Positions 17,013 through 27,128 of a stretch of DNA of 64,000 bases are shown piece by piece. Origin of the DNA: Clostridia bacterium (GTDB taxonomy: Bacteria > Bacillota > Clostridia > Christensenellales > CAG-138); contig JAUNBM010000004.1 of assembly GCA_030527115.1 (NCBI GenBank), positions 1,153 to 65,152 on the forward strand, written 5' to 3'. Below the pieces are notes generated by a model. It was not told where the DNA came from, did not search any database, and was given only the letters and a program-made list of their open reading frames with translations. Each line of letters starts with the position of its first letter. The stretch's first letter is position 1. A program made the position numbers and the translations under genes.

Positions 17013-17805
17013 CCTTTTTTCGACCGCTCAGCATCCGAAGTGAAATTGTAACGCTTTCGATTTCACCATTCTCCTGCCGCAAGTCCGAAAACGAGGTCAA
17101 GGGCGTCATCTTCAAAAAATCCTCTTTCATCTCGCGGCTCACCTTCACCGAATAGTCGATATCCAAATAGCTAAACTCCGAAACGTTGTTTCTAAACAGC
17201 GCCACCACTTCCTCGTTGGAATAGGCGGCCTTATTGGACACGGAGCGCAACTCCCGAAGGTAATCGGCGTTTGGCACGAGCTTGACGAGCAGGCCTTCGC
17301 GATTTAAAACCCTGCCAAACTCGGGATAATTCGCGGGCGAAAGGATGTTGATAAGCACGTCGACCGCCCCGTCTCTTACCGGAAGCCGCGCCAGATCCGC
17401 CGCCATCCATGCAACGCCGCGATCCCTCTTTGCCGCAATCGCAATCGCCTCCTTGGACAGATCCACGCCGAGCTTGGGCGCGCCGGATTGAATGGCGCTA
17501 AGAAAGAAGCCCTCGCCACAGCCCGCATCGAGGACGCAACCGTCTCCGACCGTTTCGTTTAACGCCGCCGCAACCGGCTCATATGCCCCCGCCTCGAATA
17601 TCCGACTGCGTGCAAGGAAGATGTCCTCGCCGTACTTTGTCGGCCTTTGCGATGGTACTAAATTTACATAACCCCTTTTGTTGCTGTCGAAGCAATGCCC
17701 GTGTTCGCACAGGAGCGAACTTCCCTCCGCTATAAAAGCGCCCCGACACAGGGGGCAACGGAGCAGATCCAACACGCTTTGAATATTATCCGGCAATCGT
17801 CCCAT
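17002..17805 (-). CDS. SAM-dependent methyltransferase, RlmA/RrmA-like 23S rRNA (guanine-N1) methyltransferase
   Basis: An N-terminal Zn ribbon (LRCPLCRG...CEHGHCFDSNKRGYVNL) is followed by SAM motif I (VLDAGCGEGFF). I chose the start at MGRLPD. Confidence 0.75.
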   Translation of the reverse strand: MGRLPDNIQSVLDLLRCPLCRGAFIAEGSSLLCEHGHCFDSNKRGYVNLVPSQRPTKYGEDIFLARSRIFEAGAYEPVAAALNETVGDGCVLDAGCGEGFFLSAIQSGAPKLGVDLSKEAIAIAAKRDRGVAWMAADLARLPVRDGAVDVLINILSPANYPEFGRVLNREGLLVKLVPNADYLRELRSVSNKAAYSNEEVVALFRNNVSEFSYLDIDYSVKVSREMKEDFLKMTPLTSFSDLRQENGEIESVTISLRMLSGRKKVSG

Positions 17806-17859
17806 GGAAGAATTATAACCCGGTTTGCTTTTTTTCGCAATATATGAGAAAATGGGAGC

Positions 17860-18498
17860 ATGAAAAAGGAGCGTATAAAGATAATCGGCGACAGCCTCGC
17901 CTCCGGCATGGGTACGAGCGGGAGCATTATTACCTCGGAAATAATCGCCTCCTGCAACGGTTTGACCTTCCACCGCAGAGAGGGCGGTTGCGGCTGGGCG
18001 GCTCTTTTAACCCGCGCCTGTCCAAACCTCGAAATAATCAATATGGCCTGCGACGGAATCTCCTCCTCCGAAGCCCTTCTCTGCTGGAAACAGCTTTACC
18101 GCCCGTCGGACAGCAATGTTCTGCTGATGCTCGGAGCAAACGACAGAAAGCGAATAAACGGCATGGACGAGCTTTTTTCCAACCTGATGCAGATGTGCGA
18201 ACTCGTCAAAGCGGACGGCAACCGCCCCCTGCTTTTGACTCCCAGTCCGGCTTCCGCCGAAAATGAAGCCCGCCCCGACCGGATTTTTAAGCACCGGGAC
18301 GTGGTTTTGGTCATCCGCGAGGTTGCAAAAAAAGCGAACGCGGAAACGATTGACATTCACACCGAACTTATGGGCAGGGATATCGACGTTGAGGCGCTGA
18401 TGCGCGGCGGGGACGGCAACCATCCCACCGACCGAATGTCCGAGCTTGTTTTTGACTGCGTTTTCAAAGAACTTTTTAAAAAGGGACTTATCCGCTGA
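17860..18498 (+). CDS. SGNH/GDSL-family hydrolase
   Basis: It has the N-terminal GDS(L) block IIGDSLASG, a GAND block and a C-terminal D..H (GNHPTD). Confidence 0.8.
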   Translation: MKKERIKIIGDSLASGMGTSGSIITSEIIASCNGLTFHRREGGCGWAALLTRACPNLEIINMACDGISSSEALLCWKQLYRPSDSNVLLMLGANDRKRINGMDELFSNLMQMCELVKADGNRPLLLTPSPASAENEARPDRIFKHRDVVLVIREVAKKANAETIDIHTELMGRDIDVEALMRGGDGNHPTDRMSELVFDCVFKELFKKGLIR

Positions 18499-18544
18499 AG
18501 CTGTATTGAAGCAATCTCAGCCAAATCCACGGCATTTCTAAGCT

Positions 18545-18585
18545 AAAAAGATTCCGCCGCAAAACCATTATTTGTCGCGGCGGAA
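18545..18585 (-). terminator. terminator after pepF (between convergent genes)
   Basis: A 9-bp GC-rich stem (18552-18560 with 18577-18585) is followed by a T run on the minus strand (plus-strand aaaaag at 18545-18550). Confidence 0.6.
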
Positions 18586-18618
18586 CTTATAAGTTTATTG
18601 GCTTACTAAGGTTTTAGG

Positions 18619-20406
18619 CTACGCGCCCTTCAATACCGTTTCCAGCTCGTCGAGCGTCTCTTGGAACACGCGCATGGCCTCCGCCACCGTGTCCGGCTTC
18701 GTCAGGTCGATTCCCGCTATCTTCAACTCGTTCAGCGGATAGTCGCTTCCGCCGGTCGACAGGAACTTGAGATAGTTTGAAGCGTCGCCCGTTTTCAGGA
18801 TATTGGTGGCTATCGTTACCGCGCTGGAGAAGCCGGTCGCATATTGATACACATAGAAGCCGCGATAGAAATGGGGAATATATGCCCACTCCATCTCCAT
18901 TATGTCGTTGATCTCCGCTCCGTTGTAATACAGCGAAATCAGCTCCTTGTAAACCTTCGACAGCGACTGCGCCGTCAGCGGCTCGCCCGCATAGTTCATC
19001 TCGTGCGCCCTGCGCTCGAACTCCGCGAACAGGGTTTGGCGAAGCACCGTCGTGCGGAAGCCCTCTAAGAAGTGATTGAGTATATAGGCTCTGCGCTTCG
19101 GGTCGGTCTCCGTCTTTAACAGATGCTTGGTGAGCAACACCTCGTTTACCGTCGACGCAACTTCCGCAACGAGAATCCTGTAATCATGGTTGATATAGTC
19201 GTTCGCCTCCGCCGACAGATAGGAGTGCATGGCGTGTCCCAGCTCGTGAGCCAGCGTAAACACATCGTCCAGTGTGTCCGTATAGTTCAGCAGAACATAG
19301 GGATGCACGCCGAAAACTCCGCAGGAGTAGGCGCCGGTCGTCTTGCCCTTGTTCTCGTAAACGTCAATCCAGCTCTCGGCATACGCCTTGTCGAGCAGCT
19401 TCTGATAGTCCTCACCGAGCGGCTTCAGCGCCTCCTTGACCATCTCCTTCGCCTTGTCAAACGGCATCTCATATTCGATATCCGCCACCATCGGGGTATA
19501 GAGGTCGAACATATCTATCTTGTCCAGCCCCAGAACCTCCTTGCGAAGCCCCAAATACTGCTTCATCGTCGGCAGGGCGTTATGAATCGCCTCAATCAGG
19601 CTGTCATAGACGCTGACCGGCACGTTATTGGCAAACAGGGCGCGTTCACAGGCGCTCTCGAATTTGCGCACGCGGGTAAAGTAGTTGTCGAACTTGACCT
19701 TGCCGCCATACATCGCCGCAAAGGTGTTGAGATACTTTTTGAACTCGCTGAAGAACGTTAAAAACGCCTCCTCGCGAACTCTGCGCTCCTTGCTCTCGCG
19801 GAATACTCCAAAGTTTCCGTGCGTAAGCTGAACCTCCTTGCCGCTCTCGTCCTTGATAGTCGGGAAGCTCATGTCCACGCTCTCAAGCATCTCAAAGCAG
19901 TCGCTCGGCGTATTTGCCGCCTCGCTCAGCATCGCCAGCATGTGCTCGCGCTCCGCATCCAAAGTATGCTCCCTCGACCGGTCGACGTCCTCAATGTAAT
20001 GCCGGTAGGTCTTTAAGCCCTCCTCCTTCATATACTCATCCAGCTTATCCTTGGGAATGGAGAGTATCTCCGGTTCGATATAGGACGAAGCCATTTCCAG
20101 CCGCACATAGAGGTTCATGCCCCGACTCTCCATATCCTGATACTCCGGATCGCCGTTGTCGCCCGACTTTTGCAGGAAGGTATAGACATATACCAGCTCG
20201 GTTTTCTGCGACGCATTTGCGCGAGCGTCCAGCGCCTTTTGCAGGCTTTGAGCCGATTCTCCCAGCGTGCCTTTGAGCGCGCCTATACGCCCTATCTCCT
20301 CCTCGGCTTCCTTATAAGCCTTTTCCCACGCTTCCTTGTTCGGGAAGATGTGGCTGAGATCCCACTTGAATCTCGGATCCATCTCGTTTCTTAGTTTGAG
20401 TTCCAT
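18619..20406 (-). CDS. pepF: oligoendopeptidase F (M3B family)
   Basis: 595 aa with the HELGHAMH zinc motif and overall M3B organisation. Confidence 0.9.
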   Translation of the reverse strand: MELKLRNEMDPRFKWDLSHIFPNKEAWEKAYKEAEEEIGRIGALKGTLGESAQSLQKALDARANASQKTELVYVYTFLQKSGDNGDPEYQDMESRGMNLYVRLEMASSYIEPEILSIPKDKLDEYMKEEGLKTYRHYIEDVDRSREHTLDAEREHMLAMLSEAANTPSDCFEMLESVDMSFPTIKDESGKEVQLTHGNFGVFRESKERRVREEAFLTFFSEFKKYLNTFAAMYGGKVKFDNYFTRVRKFESACERALFANNVPVSVYDSLIEAIHNALPTMKQYLGLRKEVLGLDKIDMFDLYTPMVADIEYEMPFDKAKEMVKEALKPLGEDYQKLLDKAYAESWIDVYENKGKTTGAYSCGVFGVHPYVLLNYTDTLDDVFTLAHELGHAMHSYLSAEANDYINHDYRILVAEVASTVNEVLLTKHLLKTETDPKRRAYILNHFLEGFRTTVLRQTLFAEFERRAHEMNYAGEPLTAQSLSKVYKELISLYYNGAEINDIMEMEWAYIPHFYRGFYVYQYATGFSSAVTIATNILKTGDASNYLKFLSTGGSDYPLNELKIAGIDLTKPDTVAEAMRVFQETLDELETVLKGA

Positions 20407-20430
20407 GCTACTGTCCTCCTATTTTTTAAT

Positions 20431-21315
20431 TTACTGATACTGATGCGCCATAGCGGCGCCAATAATTCCCGCGTCGTTGCCGTGATGCGCGCGCACTATC
20501 GGCGGACAACTCGGAAAAAAGCACTTCTTTTTAACGTTCTCGCTGAGCGGAGCTAAAAGCCTGTCCCCAGCATGGCTCACACCGCCGCCGAGGGCAATCC
20601 TCTCGGGGTCTATAAGATTGACGATGGACGCGATTGCCGAGCCCAGATCGTCGATATAGCGGTCAAGCACCGTTTGCGCCCGCTTATCGCCCGCCTCCGC
20701 CGCCTCGAAAACCCGCTTGGCGCTGTCCGTCCCATACTCGCGGCAAAGGCTTGAAGCCGAGCAATAGGACTCGACGCAACCGAGATTTCCGCAGGTGCAG
20801 GGCTCGCCACCGCTTTTTAAGAGCATATGTCCCAGCTCAACCCCCATGTTGCGCCCGCCGTTGAACAGCCTGCCGTTTATAATCAGTCCGCCTCCAACGC
20901 CCGTACCGAGGGTTAAAAGCGCGGCGGTCTTGCATCCCTTCAGGCTTCCGGACACCAGCTCCGCAAGCGTAGCGGCGTTCGCATCGTTTTGAAGATACAC
21001 GGGCGTATCTATCCGCTGGCGGAGCATCGCCTTAAACGGGACGTTGTGAAAGTCGAGGTTATGCGCGTCGATAACGCTCGCGCCATCGAAGGTGATGCTT
21101 CCGGGTATCGCGGCTCCGACGGCGGCAATCAGGTATTTCGATATTCTAAGCTCCCTGCAAAGCCCCAAAAACATATCCTGCAAAACGTTGAGTACGGCAA
21201 CGACCCCCTCGCCCTTTGGAAAGCGGCGCTCCGCCTTCACGAGGATATTCGCATCGTCGTCAACGATTCCGCCCGCGATATTGGTGCCTCCTATGTCAAA
21301 ACCAAACTGGAGCAT
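20431..21315 (-). CDS. ROK-family sugar kinase (glucokinase-like)
   Basis: It has the N-terminal ATP motif FDIGGTNI and the ROK cysteine motif (CTCGNLGCVESY). Confidence 0.85.
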   Translation of the reverse strand: MLQFGFDIGGTNIAGGIVDDDANILVKAERRFPKGEGVVAVLNVLQDMFLGLCRELRISKYLIAAVGAAIPGSITFDGASVIDAHNLDFHNVPFKAMLRQRIDTPVYLQNDANAATLAELVSGSLKGCKTAALLTLGTGVGGGLIINGRLFNGGRNMGVELGHMLLKSGGEPCTCGNLGCVESYCSASSLCREYGTDSAKRVFEAAEAGDKRAQTVLDRYIDDLGSAIASIVNLIDPERIALGGGVSHAGDRLLAPLSENVKKKCFFPSCPPIVRAHHGNDAGIIGAAMAHQYQ

Positions 21316-21317
21316 CG

Positions 21318-21572
21318 CTATCTCTCCCCCGCCTTCGCCTTTTCCAGAGCTATGGCTAACTGATCCGCGCAGGAGGTATTCTTGGAGCCGCAGAGATTCC
21401 CTTTGAGAATGCTGATTACTTTGTCCGCCTCCATCCCCTCGACCAGCGCGGCTATCGCCTTCAAATTCCCGTTACAGCCCCCTATGAAATTCACGTTGCT
21501 GACGATATTCCCGTTCAAATCGAACGAAACGACCCTCGAACAGGTTCCTCGGTTATTGTATTGATAATGCAT
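21318..21572 (-). CDS. TSCPD-domain small protein (TIGR03905-like)
   Basis: 84 aa with the GTCSR...GGCNGN...CG.K.TSCADQL pattern. Confidence 0.7.
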   Translation of the reverse strand: MHYQYNNRGTCSRVVSFDLNGNIVSNVNFIGGCNGNLKAIAALVEGMEADKVISILKGNLCGSKNTSCADQLAIALEKAKAGER

Positions 21573-22815
21573 CCTTTTCTCCTCTCTTTCGATACAGTTT
21601 CATGATAAGCCTCGAAACCGGCTTTTCTACACAATAGGTCAGAAGCGTCGCGGCAAGCGCCGACAGCGCCAGCGCCTCCACGGTGAGCATAATTTGCGCG
21701 TTGCCTCCGGCGGCGGACACGTCGCCTCCGTGGGCATAGCCCATCGCCGCCCGAAGCTCCACCATTATCCATTGATGCCAGATATAAAGATTGAACGAGA
21801 TCGCCGCAAGGCTCTTTGCCACCGGATTGCTGAATATCTTTCTATACGGCTTGACGGAAAACGCCGAGAACAGAATGAAGCCTAAAAATGCCAGCGACAG
21901 GAAATATCTGTTTTCGAGCTGCCATACCTGGCTTGCCGAAACGCCCGACTGCGCGTGGCAGTCCTTGACCATAATAACGATTACGACCGCCATTGCCATC
22001 GCCGCTATCGTCATCAGCGGCGAGATCAGGCGCTTGAATTTGCATTTTTCAGCGAACCAAACATAGAGGCACGCCCCCGCCATGCCGTTTGCAAATACCG
22101 GCAGGAAGGTTGGAAACTGGTTTACATACATCGCGACGTTCGACTGCCTGGCAAACAAAAGCGCAAAGCCGACTCCTGCCGCCGCCAAAATAACGTACAT
22201 AAACACATGAAGCCGTCTGAATCCCCATGCCAGCAGGGGAAAAACGGCGTAGAACAGCACGAGCAGAGCGACCGTCCAAAGCACAACGCCGAGCTTTGTA
22301 TACATATAGGTGTCCGCGAAAAACATCTGTGTGAAGGTTAGATGCGTTGCAATATCCTTCAGCATATACCCCGCGTTGCCGTTATAGAGGTTGCCCGCCA
22401 GCGCAATGATAAATAGGACGATTATGCAGAACAGATACGAGGGCAGAATCCTCGCGGCGCGCTTGACATAAAACTCCCCAACCTTGGGTACCGGCTCGCC
22501 TTTTATAATCATGGCGCGCGCATGAGGCAAAAAGAGCGAGAATGCCGAAATCAGCACCATCATGTCCACAAAGAGGTAGCCGCAGTAGCGGAAGGCGTTC
22601 AGATCGACATATCTTACTCCGAGCCATTCCAAAAACGGGGTCTGGTAGGCGGGCATCAGCCAGGTTTGCTGCCAGAAGTGAAACCAAAGCACCATCAGCA
22701 CGGAGAGCGCGCGAATCCCATCAAGGACGTCGACGCGATAAAGGTCTCCGCGATAGTCCATGCTTTTTATAAGCCCGTCTTTTATTCCGTTAGAAGCTCC
22801 TGATAATCTCTTCAT
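21553..22815 (-). CDS. acyltransferase family 3 membrane protein
   Basis: About 10 TM segments, with an N-terminal LDGIRALSVLMVLWFHF motif. The start is uncertain (22815 or 22761). Confidence 0.75.
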   Translation of the reverse strand: MKRLSGASNGIKDGLIKSMDYRGDLYRVDVLDGIRALSVLMVLWFHFWQQTWLMPAYQTPFLEWLGVRYVDLNAFRYCGYLFVDMMVLISAFSLFLPHARAMIIKGEPVPKVGEFYVKRAARILPSYLFCIIVLFIIALAGNLYNGNAGYMLKDIATHLTFTQMFFADTYMYTKLGVVLWTVALLVLFYAVFPLLAWGFRRLHVFMYVILAAAGVGFALLFARQSNVAMYVNQFPTFLPVFANGMAGACLYVWFAEKCKFKRLISPLMTIAAMAMAVVIVIMVKDCHAQSGVSASQVWQLENRYFLSLAFLGFILFSAFSVKPYRKIFSNPVAKSLAAISFNLYIWHQWIMVELRAAMGYAHGGDVSAAGGNAQIMLTVEALALSALAATLLTYCVEKPVSRLIMKLYRKRGEKDALSIQ

Positions 22816-23866
22816 TCAAGTTCTTCAGCAGGGCACAGCCAAGCTCCACCATCCCCTTGTAATCGGAATAGCAGGCAATCCCATAATGGCTGTGTATATA
22901 GCGAACCGGCAGACCTATTACTATCGTCGGAACGCCGAAATGGCTGAGGTGGATGGCTCCGCCGTTGGTCGCGCCGCCCGTTCTAACCGCCTCCTGCACC
23001 TCTATTCCGAGGCTGGACGCAAGATCGAGGGCAAAGCGCTGAAACCTGGGATTGGTTATCATCTTCGCGTCAAAATGCCTGAGCATCGGCCCTCTGCGAA
23101 GCCCGGTCTGAATGGCGAACGAGGGTGAGAAGGTATCGTCTGCGGGGCAGCCCTCAAAGACTATTGCGCAGTCGGGACGCACGCGGTTGGACGAAACCAT
23201 AGCTCCGCGAAGCCCAACCTCCTCCTGAGCGGAATATGCGGCGATAACGTCCGCCTGCAAGTCCTCCCCCTCAATCGAGAGCAGGGTTTCGGTGAGCGCG
23301 GCGCAACCGGCGCGGCAGTCGAACGCCTTGCCGAACATATTGTCGTGTGCCTCGTCGTACCAGAATTCAACCTCCGGCACCACGGGCGCGCCTATACCGA
23401 TGCCGTAGTCCTCTAAAACCTCGTTGCGCGAGGACGCGCCTATATCTATAGTCATGCTGTCAACGGAGGGAACCGAATTCTTCTCCGCTTCGCTCATGTA
23501 ATGCGGGGGTTTGGTCGCGACGACGCCGCGCACATAGTTGCCCTTTCGGTTGCGTATGCGCACAAGATGCGCCGGAATGTTGGCGTTAACCCAGCCGCCC
23601 AAGGTTACGAACTTGATCAGCCCGTTGTCCATGATGCTCTGCACCATAAAGCCAACCTCGTCGGTATGCGCGTCCAGTTGAATCACGGGACGGCCGCCCC
23701 GATTCTTGCGGCGGGCAACATATAGATTATTAACGCTGTCCCGCTCAACCGTGCCGATATCCTTGACAAGCCCGCGAATTACATCCAGCACCTCGTCCTC
23801 GAAGCCCGAAACTCCGTTTGCGTTTGAAAAGCTTTTGAGCAGTTCTATTGATTGTTCTTTTTGCAT
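22790..23866 (-). CDS. M42-family metallopeptidase (aminopeptidase/endoglucanase-like)
   Basis: NGVSGFEDEV, DAHTDEVGFMV and AQEEVGLRGA motifs are present. Confidence 0.85.
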   Translation of the reverse strand: MQKEQSIELLKSFSNANGVSGFEDEVLDVIRGLVKDIGTVERDSVNNLYVARRKNRGGRPVIQLDAHTDEVGFMVQSIMDNGLIKFVTLGGWVNANIPAHLVRIRNRKGNYVRGVVATKPPHYMSEAEKNSVPSVDSMTIDIGASSRNEVLEDYGIGIGAPVVPEVEFWYDEAHDNMFGKAFDCRAGCAALTETLLSIEGEDLQADVIAAYSAQEEVGLRGAMVSSNRVRPDCAIVFEGCPADDTFSPSFAIQTGLRRGPMLRHFDAKMITNPRFQRFALDLASSLGIEVQEAVRTGGATNGGAIHLSHFGVPTIVIGLPVRYIHSHYGIACYSDYKGMVELGCALLKNLNEEIIRSF

Positions 23867-23871
23867 TTGAT

Positions 23872-24189
23872 TCACTCCCATTCCAGCGCGCCGATGCTGT
23901 CCAAATAGCGCTCATTGTAATCCATATAATCCTCGACGAAGCGCATACAATACATCTTTTCCTCGGGAAACGCTTCCTGCATCTTCTCGAACATATGGTC
24001 GAAAGCGGCGTCATCGTCATAGACCGCGCCCTCGTCAATCCCGTTTTCGGACATATATTCCTCATCCAGCTCCATAACTCTGTCGAGCATCCGCTCAAAG
24101 CTGTCGCCGCTTAAAATCGAAAAGTCGCCCTGCTTGATGAAGCAGTCCCTGATGAATACGCGCGCCTTTTCATTAGAATATTCTTCCAT
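23872..24189 (-). CDS. small acidic hypothetical protein
   Basis: SD ggagg precedes MEEYSNE. The ORF is highly acidic and lies in the dinB-M42 gene string. I recognise no family. Confidence 0.5.
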   Translation of the reverse strand: MEEYSNEKARVFIRDCFIKQGDFSILSGDSFERMLDRVMELDEEYMSENGIDEGAVYDDDAAFDHMFEKMQEAFPEEKMYCMRFVEDYMDYNERYLDSIGALEWE

Positions 24190-24250
24190 AAAACCTCCAT
24201 GCGCTTTATTTTCATCAGTATAACATGAATTTTCAATTTTCACCACACTT

Positions 24251-25495
24251 TTATGTACGATAGCCTACCGGAAAAATTGTATGCTCCGCCTTTGGGTTCA
24301 TATCTCCGATGCGCCTGTCCCTAAGCAGACCGCACCGCAAAATGGAGTGATGGCCGAAGCGCGCCCTTATCCCGTCCACCGCAAATTCCAGCCGCTCCTT
24401 TCTCATCCTCCGCTCCTCCGGCGTCATAAGTTCCAGTTGCACCGGACGGCTCCCGTCCCAAAAATCGCTTGCGGTTACGCTGATGGATCTCACCGGAATC
24501 TGCCAGCGGTAATTCTTTATAAACAGCTCCATTGCGGCGTCCAAAAGCTCGCCCGCAAGACAGCTCGGCTCGGAAAGCTTCTTCTGCCGCACAAACGAGA
24601 ACAGCCCCACGTCCCGCACCGCAATGGAGATAGTGCAGGCGCGAAGCCCCTGCTCCCGAAGCCGCGCCGCCACGCTTTCGCACAGCATCGAGAGCGTCAG
24701 CCGCACCTGCTCGTCGTTGCAGAGGTCAAAGGGGGTCGTCACCCCGTTTCCAACGCTCTTTGGCGGAATCTTCGTCCCGCTGTATAAAACCGGAGCATCG
24801 TCCCTGCCGTTGGCAAAAGCGTGCAGTTTCAAGCCCCACTTGCCCAATTTGGAAACGAGAACCTCCGGCCGGCTTTGCGCTATCCCGCCTATGGTCGTAA
24901 TCCCGAGCCGCTCCAGCTTTCGCTCGGTCGCCCGCCCCACAAAGAGCAAGTCCGAGGCGGGAAGCGGCCATACCAGCCGCTTATAATTCCACGGCGCAAT
25001 TACCGTAACCGCGTCGGGCTTCTTCATATCGCTTCCTAACTTGGCAAAAACCTTGTTGAAAGAAACCCCCACCGATACCGTAATTTTGAGTTCGCGCTTG
25101 ATAATAATCCGTATCTCGTTGGCGAGCTGTTCCGCCTCCTGAAAATTATTGGTTCGCGCCGTCAAATCCACCCAGCTCTCGTCAAGCCCGAACGGCTCGA
25201 CGCGCATTGAATACCCGTCCAGTATCTCCCGCGCCCTCTCGGATATGCGCACATATTCGTCAAAATGCGGGGCTACGGTTATGAGCTTGGGGCACTTCTG
25301 CCGCGCCTGCCATATCGGCTCCGCCGTCTTGACCCCGCACCGCTTCGCCGCCTCGTTTTTTGCCAGGATGATGCCATGCCGCTTTTGAGGGTCGCCCGCC
25401 ACGGCAAGCGGGAATTTTGCCAAATCGGGGTTGAGCATACACTCCACCGAGGCATAAAACCCGTTGAAATCCACATGAAGAATCCTTCGCTCCAT
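24251..25495 (-). CDS. dinB: Y-family DNA polymerase (Pol IV-like)
   Basis: The N-terminus is ILHVDFNGFYASVE, and palm/finger/little-finger colinearity is present. Confidence 0.85.
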   Translation of the reverse strand: MERRILHVDFNGFYASVECMLNPDLAKFPLAVAGDPQKRHGIILAKNEAAKRCGVKTAEPIWQARQKCPKLITVAPHFDEYVRISERAREILDGYSMRVEPFGLDESWVDLTARTNNFQEAEQLANEIRIIIKRELKITVSVGVSFNKVFAKLGSDMKKPDAVTVIAPWNYKRLVWPLPASDLLFVGRATERKLERLGITTIGGIAQSRPEVLVSKLGKWGLKLHAFANGRDDAPVLYSGTKIPPKSVGNGVTTPFDLCNDEQVRLTLSMLCESVAARLREQGLRACTISIAVRDVGLFSFVRQKKLSEPSCLAGELLDAAMELFIKNYRWQIPVRSISVTASDFWDGSRPVQLELMTPEERRMRKERLEFAVDGIRARFGHHSILRCGLLRDRRIGDMNPKAEHTIFPVGYRT

Positions 25496-25595
25496 CGCCG
25501 AGCCCCCCTGTAAGTAATGCGAACATTTGTTCGTTTACTATTTTATCACAATTCAGGTGCTTGTCAAGTGGAAGATTTTAGGGCATAATTACTAT

Positions 25596-26453
25596 ATGAA
25601 ACGAATCTTTAGCTTAATTTTAGCCTTAACGGCGATCTGTGCTTTCGGGTGTAGCGCTCCCGAAAGCGACGGCGAAACGCCCACCGCAACTTCGGGGACT
25701 TCGGCCTCCGAAGTTATGGACATTTACGCCTTCTCCATCGGCAAGGCGGACAGCCTGCTACTGACCTTTGACGGGAAAACGCTCCTGATCGACGCCGGCG
25801 AGAACGACGACGGGGAGGATATCGCAAAGGCTCTTCTCGCCAAGGGGATAAGCTCCATAGACCTCCTGCTCATCACCCACTTTGACAAGGATCATATCGG
25901 GGGCTTCGATGAGCTTGCCGCGCTAATCGAAATTAACCAAGTTTGGATGCCGGACTATGAGCGCGACAGCAATCACTATCGCAATATGATGGAAATAATC
26001 GAACAAGAATCCATACCCTGCGAGCGCATAAGCGAAAACCTTGTTGCGGAATTTGGTTCGGCAAATCTTGAGCTTTGGCCCTCCACCGTCGAATACACGG
26101 GCGCGGACAACGACGATAACGAGCAGTCGCTGGTTATGGCGGTGAATTACGGCAACTGCCGCCTGCTCTTTATGGGCGATGCGAACGGCGAGTGGCTGAA
26201 CCGGCTCTGCTACGGTACCTATAACCTCACCTGCGACCTCGTGAAGATTCCCTGGCACGGTAGCTGGGACGCAACGCTCACAGCCTTTATTGCCTTTTCC
26301 CTGCCCCAGTTTGCCATTATTACGGACTCGACTAAGAATCCCGCCGATGAGGCAACCGTCGACGCGCTGAGCGCGATAGGAACCGAAATCTACCGCACGA
26401 TGAACGGCGACGTGCATCTGCGTTGCGATGGGCAGAGCGTGTACCAGCCTTAG
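25596..26453 (+). CDS. MBL-fold metallo-hydrolase lipoprotein (ComEC C-terminal-like)
   Basis: It has a lipoprotein signal (LTAICAFGCS), the HFDKDHIGG metal motif, and a DSLLL...LIDAG block. Confidence 0.75.
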   Translation: MKRIFSLILALTAICAFGCSAPESDGETPTATSGTSASEVMDIYAFSIGKADSLLLTFDGKTLLIDAGENDDGEDIAKALLAKGISSIDLLLITHFDKDHIGGFDELAALIEINQVWMPDYERDSNHYRNMMEIIEQESIPCERISENLVAEFGSANLELWPSTVEYTGADNDDNEQSLVMAVNYGNCRLLFMGDANGEWLNRLCYGTYNLTCDLVKIPWHGSWDATLTAFIAFSLPQFAIITDSTKNPADEATVDALSAIGTEIYRTMNGDVHLRCDGQSVYQP

Positions 26454-26937
26454 CTTGCGCAAAGGGTACCGCGTGGTGGGTGTATTGGGTTTTGTTATGG
26501 GATATTTGCTTTCTTCTTTATGAAAATAAGAAAGCAACAAAGAAGAAACATACAAGAGGGATTTTTTTACCCTGCATAACGATTATTCTGCCGCCTTGCC
26601 CCGGACATGGAGCAAGGCGGTTTGTGGCTTTATTGTTCCTCTGTTGTACCTTTTGCGAGATTTCTAATAAACGTCAAAAGCTCCGCGGTGGTAATGCAGG
26701 GCTTTCGACGCTGTAAGATGGTGGTGTATTTCAGAAAGCGATTAAGGAACGCCGTCTGACGTAGTTTTTGGGCGGCTGTCCCGAGGCTGAATAAGGAGGA
26801 TATTTGTTTTTCTCTTTTTCAGCCCCAGGACTCGCCTTTGAGCGCACTTACCCTTGTGTGAATACTGTTGATGAGAGTTTGGGTATTTGCCCTCTTATGC
26901 TCGGAAGCCGGCCTTCGCCCCCTCCCAAGACAGCTTG

Positions 26938-27114
26938 TTATGGTTGCGTAAACACGTTGTAGTCGCCCCAGATGGAATTAGCGTCGCCGTTATCGGAATC
27001 GGCAACTCCGTCCCTTACGGAAGCGTTCCACTGTCCCTGCTCACCCGAAGCCGCAATTATATCCATAGGGTTGAGCTTTAATATCGCCATGGTCGGTTTT
27101 TCATAGTTTTTCAT
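26938..27114 (-). CDS. unannotated 58-aa small protein (below the ORF-track cutoff)
   Basis: Hand-translated: MKNYEKPTMAILKLNPMDIIAASGEQGQWNASVRDGVADSDNGDANSIWGDYNVFTQP. SD gggagga sits 7 nt upstream, and the ORF starts 15 nt after the stop of the LRR gene. Confidence 0.5.
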   Translation of the reverse strand: MKNYEKPTMAILKLNPMDIIAASGEQGQWNASVRDGVADSDNGDANSIWGDYNVFTQP

Positions 27115-27128
27115 CGTTCCGTCCTCCC

